From a virus (Duplodnaviria; Caudoviricetes), in the IMG/VR virus record IMGVR_UViG_3300022752_000014: a stretch of DNA of 64,000 nucleotides. The stretch is one strand, 5' to 3'. Below, in pieces: positions 1-9,714 of the stretch. Position 1 is the stretch's first letter. Each line of letters begins with the position of its first letter. The position numbers and the translations under genes are program-made. The notes beneath the pieces are model-generated. The model saw only the letters and a program-made list of their open reading frames with translations. It ran no database searches and had not been told where the DNA came from.

Positions 1-1
1 A

Positions 2-934
2 AAACTTCTGGTTGGATCTGGAACTACTCAATTCTCTATTGATGGTAATGGTGGAGTTGGTATAGGAACCACTGCAAATCAATTTAAACTGCACGTTAAT
101 GGAAATACTAATATCATTGGAACTTGTTATGCAACTTCTTTCTCTGGTGATGGCAGTGCTCTTACAAATGTAAATGTTGCTGCAGCTGGTTGGACTAACA
201 TTACTGGCGGAATCTATAACACCTCACTGAATAATGTTGGTGTTGGCACATCAGCTCCTAGATTTAGTCTTGAAGTTGGAGCAGTTGGAATTGCGTCAAC
301 AACTCTATATGTCAACGGTGAAGCAAAGTTTGTTGGAATCATCACTGCAAATAATGTATTTGTAAGTGGTATACTCACAGCAACGGGTGCTTATAATTTA
401 AATAGTTCTTCAGGTAGAATTACTGCTGGTGTTGTAACTGCTACTTCGCTTTATGTTGGAGCAAGTTCAACAGCAATCGTTTCTACTGGTGGTTTGGTTG
501 GCATTGGTACAACAGTCCCAAGAGCAAAACTTGATATTGAAGGTCATACAAGACTGAAGACTTATAGTGAAAACGTAGATTTAATCACCGTATCTTCGGG
601 TATTGCAACTGTAGACTTGTCCAGAGCACAATCATTCATTTGTACTGCAACTGGTAATATCAATGAATTCATTGTTCTCAATGCTCCTGCAGGTTCAACA
701 CAATTCACCTTAAGAATCGATCAAGATTCTACAGGTAATCGTTCTGTTGGTATTGATACATTCAAAACTTCAGGTGGAGTCAGCATTCCAGTTTACTGGC
801 CAGCAGGAGGAGTCATACCTGGTGTTACAACAACTGCAAGTAGAACTGATATTTACTCCTTCAAGACATTTGATGGAACGAATATTACAAGTTCAGGATT
901 GTACGGAGTCGTAGTCGGTCAAAACTTCAACTAA
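2..934 (+). CDS. Tail fibre-like protein, 5'-truncated by the window edge
   Basis: Frame is open from nt 2 to TAA at 934 (the ORF track starts it at an internal TTG, 494). VGIGT/GIITA fibre-shaft motifs; C-terminal domain ends ...RTDIYSFKTFDG...VVGQNFN. Confidence 0.8.
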   Translation, partial: KLLVGSGTTQFSIDGNGGVGIGTTANQFKLHVNGNTNIIGTCYATSFSGDGSALTNVNVAAAGWTNITGGIYNTSLNNVGVGTSAPRFSLEVGAVGIASTTLYVNGEAKFVGIITANNVFVSGILTATGAYNLNSSSGRITAGVVTATSLYVGASSTAIVSTGGLVGIGTTVPRAKLDIEGHTRLKTYSENVDLITVSSGIATVDLSRAQSFICTATGNINEFIVLNAPAGSTQFTLRIDQDSTGNRSVGIDTFKTSGGVSIPVYWPAGGVIPGVTTTASRTDIYSFKTFDGTNITSSGLYGVVVGQNFN

Positions 935-945
935 GGTAGAGCACT

Positions 946-3573
946 ATGCAAAATAGTAAGCAAACCACTCTGGACCTCAACGGTCCCATTCTATCTTTCA
1001 CAACACAACCAGTAGGAGTTGCTTCTACTGGTGTCGTTTCTGGGACTGGGAGTGGGATTGCTACTTTTACGGGCATTGCAACAGCATCATTTATCACTAT
1101 TGGTTCAGTACCAAACTCAGCAACAAATACTGGATTTATTACTTATCGTTGGTATGAAGTTGGTGTGGGTGCATTAAGTGACAGCACTTATGTAACAGGA
1201 ACGGGAACAACAACTCTTACATTATCAAAACTTATTACTCCAACTGATAATCAAAGACAATTTTATCTAACTGCAGATTATGTTCCTTCTGCATATGGAT
1301 TACCTGGTGTTGCTGTTACGGTAGGAAGTGCAAGATCAACTGGTAATGCAATTTTAGAACCTGTAAACTCCAATATCGCAACATTAACTGTCAAACCTTT
1401 AATTGAAGTTGTTGCTCAACCAACAAGTGGCACTGCTTCTACAAATGCAACTGCAACATTTAGATTAAATGCAGGACTGACTGATGATTTCTTTACCGAC
1501 GATTTAACCTATCAGTGGTATTATGATGGGTCTCCAATCACTGATGGAACAGTTACAGATGCTCTTACCTCAACGACAACAACAACTGTAACTACATATG
1601 AAACACAAAATCAGACATTATATAGAACAGTAACTACGACAAGAGATAGATCAGATACTGTTACATTCACTTCTCCTGGATCAATCACATTACCCCCGTC
1701 ATCATACAACGTAAAAGTTAGAGTTGCCGGGGCAAGAGGAGGAAATGGAGGTGCTGATGCTTCTGCTAGTGGAGGAAGTGGAACTGGTGGTAGATTTGGT
1801 GAATTTGATTACAGTTCTGGTGGAAGAACATTAACTTTTACAGTCGGTAAAAGGGGAAATGATGGAGCAAGTAATGCAAATAGTGGTGGTGGAGGAAGTG
1901 GTGGAGATGGACTAAATCGTGGCGGTAATGGCGGTAATGCAGGACCATCTGGAGCATCTGGCGGCGGTGGAGGTGGAGGTGGATCCACTGGAGTTTATGA
2001 CAGTAATTATGGATATCATACAATTATTGCTGCCGGCGGTGGAGGAGGTGGTGGGGGTTCTTATGAAATTGCAGGAGCTCCTGCTAATCCATCTGCAGGC
2101 GGATTTACACCAGATGGTAGAAATAGAGCAGATGGAAATGCAGGAGAGAATTCAAATGGTGATGGCGGAGGCGGTGGCGGTGGTGGTGCCGGAACTGATA
2201 ATTCACCAAGTCCAGACGGAGTAACAAAACCCAAGCAACTTGGCGGCAGTCGTGGTTTAGATATTGATAAGGGTAATCAACAAGCATTAGGTGGAGGTAA
2301 TGGTAGACAAATAGATGAGGGAACTGGTTATGGAAAAACTGGAGCAGTAACATTTGGTGGTTTTGATCGTGGAGCTGCATCATTTGGATTCAATGGAAGT
2401 CAAAACGACGGTGATGGGTATGGACAAGTTTCTTATAACTGGACTGAAACAACAACAACTCAAGAACCATATACGCAACAAGTTCAAGTTGCAGTTCCAA
2501 CCACAGTTACAACTACCACATCATCTCCAAGAAATATTACATTTTCTGGATCAAGAACCCCAACTCTTTCTATCGTATCTGATAATGTAGTTGGACTTGC
2601 TACAATTTTTTGTAGAGTAACTTCTGCAACTGCTGTAAATTCTCCAATTTTAAGTGATATTGTAGAGTATAAAGTTATTTCATCAGCAGAAAATTATTTT
2701 GTAAATTTAGAGCAAATAGGAACTACAAGCACAGCATCATTAACAACATTTAATTTACAAAATGGAGAATATACGATTAATCAACCAGCAGTGGTTGCAA
2801 ACATTAATCAGATTGTTCTTTATGCACCTGATAGAGATATTAATGTAGAGATGGATCTCTACGGCGGTAAAGGATCTAACTTTGGTTCGTATGCTGGCGG
2901 GGAAGGTGGATTTTCAAGAATTCGTTTTACAATGACAAGAAATACTGAATATGTTATTGCAGGTCTCACAGCATCAGTTAATACGCCATTCATCTATAGA
3001 AAGGGTCAGTTAATTGCCTGTGTTGGTGGTGGAGGAAATGCAGGTGGATCTGGTAGAGGTGGTTTTGGTGGTGGTGTTAATAATGCTGGTCAGTCTGGAT
3101 TTGGAAGAGGTGGTGGAAATGGTGGTGCAGGATTTTCTGCAGGAACACTACCTTCAAATGGAATCTTCGGTTCACTCACATCTCTAACATCAATATCTCC
3201 AGATACAAAATCAGCAATTCCAAATGCTGGCAGAGTTCTTCCCTGTGCAAGAGGAGTTTATTGGAGAGATCAAGGATTTACTGCCTGCCAAGACGTTGGA
3301 ACAGTTCAATTTAGATTGAGTGATGGAACATTAGTTACAAACACTGGATCTATTACTAGAGGATACAAAGCAGGATATGATATTATTCAAACTGCAGGTG
3401 CAAAGATTGGTAATGGAGGAAATGGTGGTAATGGTGCAACTGGTGGAGCAGGTGGAAATGAAGGTGGCGGCGGAGGAGGAAGTGGTTACACTGATGGATC
3501 AGTAACTGTTGTATCATCAACTCTTGGCGGAAGCACAGGCGACGCAAAAGTCATTATTCGCGTTGTGAGTTAA
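946..3573 (+). CDS. Virion adhesin-like protein: Ig-like domains plus two Gly-rich (polyglycine-II-type) domains
   Basis: 875 aa ORF; Ig-like motifs (TYRWY, TYQWYYDG, TLTVKP, FCRV) and long GGxGG tracts. Confidence 0.7.
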   Translation: MQNSKQTTLDLNGPILSFTTQPVGVASTGVVSGTGSGIATFTGIATASFITIGSVPNSATNTGFITYRWYEVGVGALSDSTYVTGTGTTTLTLSKLITPTDNQRQFYLTADYVPSAYGLPGVAVTVGSARSTGNAILEPVNSNIATLTVKPLIEVVAQPTSGTASTNATATFRLNAGLTDDFFTDDLTYQWYYDGSPITDGTVTDALTSTTTTTVTTYETQNQTLYRTVTTTRDRSDTVTFTSPGSITLPPSSYNVKVRVAGARGGNGGADASASGGSGTGGRFGEFDYSSGGRTLTFTVGKRGNDGASNANSGGGGSGGDGLNRGGNGGNAGPSGASGGGGGGGGSTGVYDSNYGYHTIIAAGGGGGGGGSYEIAGAPANPSAGGFTPDGRNRADGNAGENSNGDGGGGGGGGAGTDNSPSPDGVTKPKQLGGSRGLDIDKGNQQALGGGNGRQIDEGTGYGKTGAVTFGGFDRGAASFGFNGSQNDGDGYGQVSYNWTETTTTQEPYTQQVQVAVPTTVTTTTSSPRNITFSGSRTPTLSIVSDNVVGLATIFCRVTSATAVNSPILSDIVEYKVISSAENYFVNLEQIGTTSTASLTTFNLQNGEYTINQPAVVANINQIVLYAPDRDINVEMDLYGGKGSNFGSYAGGEGGFSRIRFTMTRNTEYVIAGLTASVNTPFIYRKGQLIACVGGGGNAGGSGRGGFGGGVNNAGQSGFGRGGGNGGAGFSAGTLPSNGIFGSLTSLTSISPDTKSAIPNAGRVLPCARGVYWRDQGFTACQDVGTVQFRLSDGTLVTNTGSITRGYKAGYDIIQTAGAKIGNGGNGGNGATGGAGGNEGGGGGGSGYTDGSVTVVSSTLGGSTGDAKVIIRVVS

Positions 3574-3606
3574 TAAATACTTAAAATTCAACGGGGATAG
3601 TGAACC

Positions 3607-5685
3607 GTGTCAGTAAACAAGAATTTCGTCGTCAAAAACGGATTTGAAGTATCTACCGATCTTATTCTTGCAAACGCAACAACAAAAAAAGTTGGTATTG
3701 GATCAACAAATCCAAGATACAAACTAGATGTTGCTGGTGGCATTGGTGCAACAGACAGTTATATCAGTGGAATTTCTACAGTTATTAATCAATTTAATGT
3801 AGGAACTGGAGGAACAATTTTCACAGTTCTAGGTGTTGGCGGATCCATTGGTATTGCGACCGCTACTCCTGCATATTTACTTGATATTCGTTCACCAGTT
3901 TCTACGGGACAAACTGCAATTTATGTTTATGGTGATGCAAGAGTTACAGGAGATTTAGTTGTTGGTGATGATTTAACCGTTGATGAAGTTACTACGAGAA
4001 ATATTAATGTAACTGGTCTCTCTACTTTTGCTGGAATCACAACGGTTACAGGAGAAACTTTATTTTCAAAACAGTTGAGTATTTCTGGTGTCACAACACT
4101 TGGAGTCACAACTGCAACCAATATTACTGCACAAAACTTAAATGTCAGTGGTATTGGTACAATCACAACACTTAATTCCACTACTGGTACTATTACCACT
4201 GGTACTATTACCAACTTAAGTGGCACTAACGTCAACTATATTGGCATTTCTACACTCACGAATGTAAGAAGTACAACACTTGTTAATACTGGTGTCACTA
4301 CACTAGGAACAGTACAGATTTCTTCGGGCATCATTACAGCAACTTCTGGTGTTGTAACTTATTATGGTGATGGTCAATATCTGGATAATGTCATTCGTGG
4401 TGTTGGTATTGGTACTTCCGCCGGAATTGTTGGATACGGAGCAACAATACTAAACTTCCAAGGACCTGGAATCTCTACTATTACAGTATCGTCAGGCATT
4501 GCAACAATCAATATTACTGGTGGTGGTGGGGGAGGAAGTGGTAGTGCATCAATTGGTATTGGAACTACACCAGGTTCTGCTGGATTTACCGCTGGTATTG
4601 TAACAGCAGGTAACCTTTGGTATAATTCAAATCTTGGTAGAATGTTTATCTACTATCAAGATACTGACAGTGCTCAGTGGGTTGATGCATCACCATCTAA
4701 TGTTGGTATCATCACCTCATTAGTTAATGTTTCATTTGCTCCTGGATCTGCATCTTCACCATCAATGTATTTTGTTGGTGATTCTCAAACTGGGTTCTTC
4801 TCTCCAAGTGCAGGACGATTTACTGTTGTATCTTCTGGATCTTCTATCTTAAACATTAATCCAAGTGGTATTAATGTAACTGGCATAGCAACAGCATCAA
4901 GTTTTGTTGGAAACTTAACTGGAACTGCTACTTATGCCACTAGTGCAGGAATAGCGACTTATGCCACTAGTGCTGGAATTGCAACTTATGCTACAACCTC
5001 TGGAGTATCTACAAGTGTTATAGGCGGTATTTCTTCAGTTACACAATTGAGTGTGTCTGGTATATCTACTGTAGGATTTATAACAGCGACTAACTCTTAC
5101 ACCTCCGGTATTTCATCAGTAGGAACCGCAATTACAATGTATGGTTCCACTGGAATTGTAAGTGCGACCAAATATTATGGAGACGGTTCTTCCTTATCAG
5201 GAATGAGTACATCAAGAATTATTAATGGAACATCAAATATAACTGTTGCAAGTGGTTCAACAATCTCTGCAACTGTATCTGGACAAAACATTTTTAATGT
5301 AACTGGTATAGGTGTTTCAATGGTTGCTGGTGAAAGACTTGATGTATCTTCTTATTCAGAAAATGTAAATTTCTTGGGTTCTGTAAGTGGTACTACTGCA
5401 TTAGATGTTGGAACATATTCTGTTTTTGTTGCAGATATTTCTGGATCAACGTCCGTCACTTTTACATTAAGTGGTGCAGTTTCTGGAAGATTATCTTCTG
5501 CAACTTTAATTTTGAGATTTTCTGGAAGTGCATCCAGAAGCGTAAGTTTGGCATTTAATCCAAAATATGTTGGTGGTTCTGGACCTACATATTCAACAAC
5601 GGCAGTTACAGATATTATTTCATTCTTTACTGCGGATGCAGGAACAACTACATATGTATCGGTCGTAGGACAGGGGTTTGCATAA
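3607..5685 (+). CDS. Tail fibre protein
   Basis: 692 aa, GTG start; MSVNKNFVVKNG N-terminus, VGIGS/GIAT shaft repeats, C-terminal TDIISF domain. Confidence 0.75.
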   Translation: MSVNKNFVVKNGFEVSTDLILANATTKKVGIGSTNPRYKLDVAGGIGATDSYISGISTVINQFNVGTGGTIFTVLGVGGSIGIATATPAYLLDIRSPVSTGQTAIYVYGDARVTGDLVVGDDLTVDEVTTRNINVTGLSTFAGITTVTGETLFSKQLSISGVTTLGVTTATNITAQNLNVSGIGTITTLNSTTGTITTGTITNLSGTNVNYIGISTLTNVRSTTLVNTGVTTLGTVQISSGIITATSGVVTYYGDGQYLDNVIRGVGIGTSAGIVGYGATILNFQGPGISTITVSSGIATINITGGGGGGSGSASIGIGTTPGSAGFTAGIVTAGNLWYNSNLGRMFIYYQDTDSAQWVDASPSNVGIITSLVNVSFAPGSASSPSMYFVGDSQTGFFSPSAGRFTVVSSGSSILNINPSGINVTGIATASSFVGNLTGTATYATSAGIATYATSAGIATYATTSGVSTSVIGGISSVTQLSVSGISTVGFITATNSYTSGISSVGTAITMYGSTGIVSATKYYGDGSSLSGMSTSRIINGTSNITVASGSTISATVSGQNIFNVTGIGVSMVAGERLDVSSYSENVNFLGSVSGTTALDVGTYSVFVADISGSTSVTFTLSGAVSGRLSSATLILRFSGSASRSVSLAFNPKYVGGSGPTYSTTAVTDIISFFTADAGTTTYVSVVGQGFA

Positions 5686-5687
5686 TT

Positions 5688-7862
5688 ATGTTTAATAAAG
5701 CAGGAAAATTTTCTGGTGGTTTTACAAAAGTATACAAACCATCAATAACATCACCTACAGCGAATCAAATTATTGCTAGTAGAACACCGACAATTACATC
5801 AAGTTCTTTTTCCAAATATGGAAATATAACTCACACATCCACTGACTGGCAAATATCTGATGCTTCTGATTTTAATACAATTCGCTGGTCATCCTCAGAT
5901 GACACATCAAATAAAACATCAATAACCACTAGCGATTTGGCAGGCGGCGATCGATATGTAAGAGTTAGATATAAAGCAAGTAGTGGTGTTTATTCTGACT
6001 GGTCTGATGCTGTTTTATTTACTTCTCCTTGGGCTACTGGTTCAAATGCAACTTTGACCAGTCCCACAAATATGGACGTTAATGCATCTACTACTGTTAC
6101 TCTTCAATCTGGAACTTATAGAATATCTCTTTGGGGAGCGGGTGGGGGTGGCGCCAACGGTGGCGGACGTGGTGGGGGATCTGGCGGAGGATCAGGAAGT
6201 GTATATAAAGATGTTTTATATAGCACGCAAACTAATGTTGCCTTTAGTATTGGGTCTGGTGGGGGAGGTTCAACTTATGGAAGTGGCGCCGGCGGCAGTG
6301 GTGGATCTCCTGGTGGAGGATCTGGATTAAATCCTGGATCTGCTTTTTGGAATGGTGCCGGTGGAGGAGGATACAGTAATTCTAGCACTCTTAGTATGAC
6401 TGCTGCTGGCGGCGGCGGTGCTGGTGGAGATAATGGTTCAACCGGCGCTGGTGGTGCAGGGGGAAGTGGAAGCGGGGGAGCAGGATATGAATTAATCAAT
6501 ATTTCTTCCAGTGCTAGTAAAAGTGGCGGATTCACTATTCCAGGTAATAATTTCTCTCAAGATACTGGATGTTCTGTTAGTGGGACATACAATTGTTCCT
6601 TCAGTTTTAGTAATATGCAGGGGAAACAGATTACCGTTACATTGACGGCATCTGGATCCAGTGGATCGCAATCACAAACATTTTCTTGTTGTAGTGGTAG
6701 TGGTTCATTAAGTCTTAGTTTTAATGGCGATTATAGAAATATTTCAGTTGATTATGCTTGGTGCGGCAGTGGCGCTTCAGGAATATCACATAATTTAAGT
6801 ATAAGTTGGAGTGGTGTAGGACAAGGTAGTTCTGCAACTGCTGGTAGTTCCGGCGGAGGTGGTGGAGGTGGTGGTTGTGTTAGTAATGGAGCAGGGTCAA
6901 TAGGAGGTAGTGGTGGTTCTAATAGTGGTTCATATACTTCTTCTTTTAGTGGTAGTGGATCTGATGCGGGAAATAGATATTATTCTTCAACATATTCTCG
7001 TTATTTTGGAGATGGTGGTGCAGCTGGTTCGTCAGGACAAAATGGTGGAGCAAGAATTCAAAAAATTTCCACACAACTTACACCAGTAGTTTCTATTACA
7101 AGCAATCTTGCATCAACATCAAGTTCAACTGCTGGTAGTTCTTCTAATTTTAGTATTACTGCAACTGATACTGCAAATAATGACAGTACAGTTTCGTATC
7201 AATGGTATTTGAGCACTGACGGTGGAAGTTCCTATTCAACTATTTCTGGTGCAACAAGTAATACTTTAACAAGATATAGTCCATTTTATTATAGCGATAA
7301 TGGACATAAAATTAAATGTAGAGCAACAGTTACAAATACTGCTGGCACAAATTATGTAGATTCTAATGTTTGCACGTTAACAGTTGCTAGAAATTATGAT
7401 TGCAATAGTTCAACGGTGACTGGAACTCAAAGTTTTGGGAGTGGATTAAGACCATCTACAAATGGAAGTGGAGACGAGCAATGGTCGGAATGGTCTCCGG
7501 GTCATAGTGATATATGTTCTATTGATGGAAACTTAAGTAGTTTTAATGCTAAAGGAAGATTTTGTAATTGGAATATGGAACTTGAATTGCGAATTACAAA
7601 ATCTACTGACGGGACTAGAAAACATTGGGGGTCTCAATCAAAATCTGGTTCTGCAGGTAGTGATCAAACTTTTGATAATGTAAAAGCAAATGGAGGAGGG
7701 TGGGATCCTGAAAATGATGGAACGCCAACTTATAGACTTATGGTAATTGATTCTGGAACACAATGTCAAAGTGGTAGTCAAGATATTGGTTGTGAATCAG
7801 GTTCTATAACCTTAAATTATTCTTACAAAAGAAGAACATACTATTACGAAACCCGCCCATAA
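5688..7862 (+). CDS. Gly-rich adhesin-like virion protein with FN3/Ig-like domains
   Basis: 724 aa; FN3-like N-terminus (YVRVRY...SDWS), Gly-rich block, Ig-like domain (SYQWY...KCRATV), Cys-containing inserts. Confidence 0.65.
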   Translation: MFNKAGKFSGGFTKVYKPSITSPTANQIIASRTPTITSSSFSKYGNITHTSTDWQISDASDFNTIRWSSSDDTSNKTSITTSDLAGGDRYVRVRYKASSGVYSDWSDAVLFTSPWATGSNATLTSPTNMDVNASTTVTLQSGTYRISLWGAGGGGANGGGRGGGSGGGSGSVYKDVLYSTQTNVAFSIGSGGGGSTYGSGAGGSGGSPGGGSGLNPGSAFWNGAGGGGYSNSSTLSMTAAGGGGAGGDNGSTGAGGAGGSGSGGAGYELINISSSASKSGGFTIPGNNFSQDTGCSVSGTYNCSFSFSNMQGKQITVTLTASGSSGSQSQTFSCCSGSGSLSLSFNGDYRNISVDYAWCGSGASGISHNLSISWSGVGQGSSATAGSSGGGGGGGGCVSNGAGSIGGSGGSNSGSYTSSFSGSGSDAGNRYYSSTYSRYFGDGGAAGSSGQNGGARIQKISTQLTPVVSITSNLASTSSSTAGSSSNFSITATDTANNDSTVSYQWYLSTDGGSSYSTISGATSNTLTRYSPFYYSDNGHKIKCRATVTNTAGTNYVDSNVCTLTVARNYDCNSSTVTGTQSFGSGLRPSTNGSGDEQWSEWSPGHSDICSIDGNLSSFNAKGRFCNWNMELELRITKSTDGTRKHWGSQSKSGSAGSDQTFDNVKANGGGWDPENDGTPTYRLMVIDSGTQCQSGSQDIGCESGSITLNYSYKRRTYYYETRP

Positions 7863-7877
7863 ATATTTTAAAAAACT

Positions 7878-8267
7878 ATGTCTATATCAATAGAAGCAAA
7901 AGAAATTTTAGCAAGAGTTAAAGATTATAGAGGTTATACTGATATGATCTTTGACTTAACTGTTCATTTAGAATGTACAGATACTGAAACTGGTTCAAAA
8001 ATAGGATATCAAATTTTTAAACAATTTGATACAGAATTTAATTATACATCAAAAAGAAATCCATTTATTTCTTTTGATAAAATTACTGAAGAACAAATTA
8101 ATTCTTTAGTCAAAAAGTTAATAGAGGAAGAGAAAGTAGGAGGACAACTAACTCTTCAAGAATGGGCAGAAAATAGATTTGCGGACATTTATGCTCAACC
8201 AGTATATAAGCAATTCACATTTCAAATACCAGCAGAACCAGTTGGAGTTGGAACCTCACCTGTTTAA
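7878..8267 (+). CDS. Small fibre-associated protein (DUF7936-like), possible assembly chaperone
   Basis: 129 aa; resembles 33187..33564 (F.SFDKITEEQI...W pattern); follows the adhesin gene. Confidence 0.45.
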   Translation: MSISIEAKEILARVKDYRGYTDMIFDLTVHLECTDTETGSKIGYQIFKQFDTEFNYTSKRNPFISFDKITEEQINSLVKKLIEEEKVGGQLTLQEWAENRFADIYAQPVYKQFTFQIPAEPVGVGTSPV

Positions 8268-8292
8268 TAAGTTGAGTATTAGATTTTAAAAA

Positions 8293-8321
8293 TTGACTTC
8301 ATTAAGAGACTCATATATAAT
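8293..8321 (+). promoter_or_regulatory. Sigma70-type (early) promoter
   Basis: TTGACT (8293-8298), 17 nt spacer, TATAAT (8316-8321), upstream of 8345. Confidence 0.75.
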
Positions 8322-8344
8322 AACACTGAATACATTATTCGCAT

Positions 8345-8965
8345 ATGGCATTTCAATCAATTTGGTATTTTTCGGATCTACCAGAAGACGTAGTAGATAT
8401 TCTGGAACGAGATCTCACAGAGAAGTTTGATGAACAAATGGCAGACTCCCGCCTGCACGGAGATGCCTTAAACAAAGATAAACGAAACTCACAAAATGCT
8501 TGGATTCCCACCACACATTGGGTTGGTGGATTCGTATGGCATTATATTCAACGTGCAAACCGTGAGAATTTCCTCTATGATTTGCATTGTATTGATGGCG
8601 AATCAATGCAATTTACAAAGTATGAAACAGGACAGTTCTATGGTTGGCATAATGACGCAGGACTTGCAACTCAATACAAGCCTGTAAGTGTTGGCAATCG
8701 TCAAGAAGGTCTTGCACAAGACTTTCTGAACGAAAGCACCGAACTTGTTCGTAAACTTTCCTTTGTGGTTCAACTGTCTGATCCTGATGATTATGAGGGC
8801 GGAAACCTACAACTTCTTGATGAAGCAGGTCAAAGTTATATTGCACCCCGTAAGCGTGGCACTGTGATTCTGTTTGACTCCCGCACAATGCACAGAGTTC
8901 TTAAGGTTACAAAAGGAACTCGCAAGAGTTTGGTAGGTTGGACAGTTGGACCCCGCTGGAAGTGA
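8345..8965 (+). CDS. 2OG-Fe(II) oxygenase (prolyl-hydroxylase-like fold)
   Basis: QFTKY...WHND (HxD), RKLSFVVQL, EGGNL, MHRV (distal His), GTRKSLVGW (2OG-binding Arg). Confidence 0.85.
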   Translation: MAFQSIWYFSDLPEDVVDILERDLTEKFDEQMADSRLHGDALNKDKRNSQNAWIPTTHWVGGFVWHYIQRANRENFLYDLHCIDGESMQFTKYETGQFYGWHNDAGLATQYKPVSVGNRQEGLAQDFLNESTELVRKLSFVVQLSDPDDYEGGNLQLLDEAGQSYIAPRKRGTVILFDSRTMHRVLKVTKGTRKSLVGWTVGPRWK

Positions 8966-8973
8966 GGTAAATT

Positions 8974-9684
8974 ATGGCAGAACAAATGACAGAAGAGCAG
9001 CTGCAATGGCAGGAGCGGCAGAACACTGGTACTGCTTGGACACGTAACGAATCCTTTGAAAAGAATGGATACTTGGTTCTCAAAGACCTATGGAATCCAG
9101 AAGAGCTCTACCATCCAGTTCCACAAGAACGTGGGCAAATGAATTGGTGGGGTAAAAAAATGGATCAGTTCACGTATCAAGAAGTAGAGATGCAAGTTGA
9201 AGGATCTCTTGCACGTTATTGGCATCCACAATATCGTGAGATTCATTGCGGTATTCGTATGAAACTAGAGAAAGAACTGGGTCGTAAACTGTATAACACA
9301 TATTATTACGACCGTTATTACTTCCCAGGACAAGAACTCACTCGTCACGCAGACCGTGATGCCTGTGAGATTTCTGTGACGGTTCATATCAGCACTAATC
9401 TACAGGAAGAGTGGCCAATCTGGATTAAGACTCCAGACACTTATGCAGATAAAAAGAAAACACAGGTGTTAGTTCCTGGTGAAAATCGTTCCGTGATTTT
9501 GAAACCTGGTGATGGTATGGTTTATAAAGGATGCGAACGTCCTCACTGGCGTGATCCGATGCCTAGTGGTAAGAAAAAAAGGTTTGGAAAAAATCAAGAA
9601 GAACTTTATTATCATCAAATTTTCTTCCATTACGTTCTTCAAGACGGGCAACGTGCTCATTGTGCTTGGGACAGAGCACGATAA
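8974..9684 (+). CDS. 2OG-Fe(II) oxygenase-like protein
   Basis: LTRHADR (HxD), EISVTVHI, PGDGMVYKGCERPHWR (distal His and Arg). Confidence 0.7.
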   Translation: MAEQMTEEQLQWQERQNTGTAWTRNESFEKNGYLVLKDLWNPEELYHPVPQERGQMNWWGKKMDQFTYQEVEMQVEGSLARYWHPQYREIHCGIRMKLEKELGRKLYNTYYYDRYYFPGQELTRHADRDACEISVTVHISTNLQEEWPIWIKTPDTYADKKKTQVLVPGENRSVILKPGDGMVYKGCERPHWRDPMPSGKKKRFGKNQEELYYHQIFFHYVLQDGQRAHCAWDRAR

Positions 9685-9714
9685 ATAAATAAAACAAAGA
9701 GTAAGTAGAAAGAA

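Noticed and set aside
3591-3609. ACGG/CCGT stem over the GTG start at 3607
   Set aside because: Only 4 bp, too weak to support a claim.
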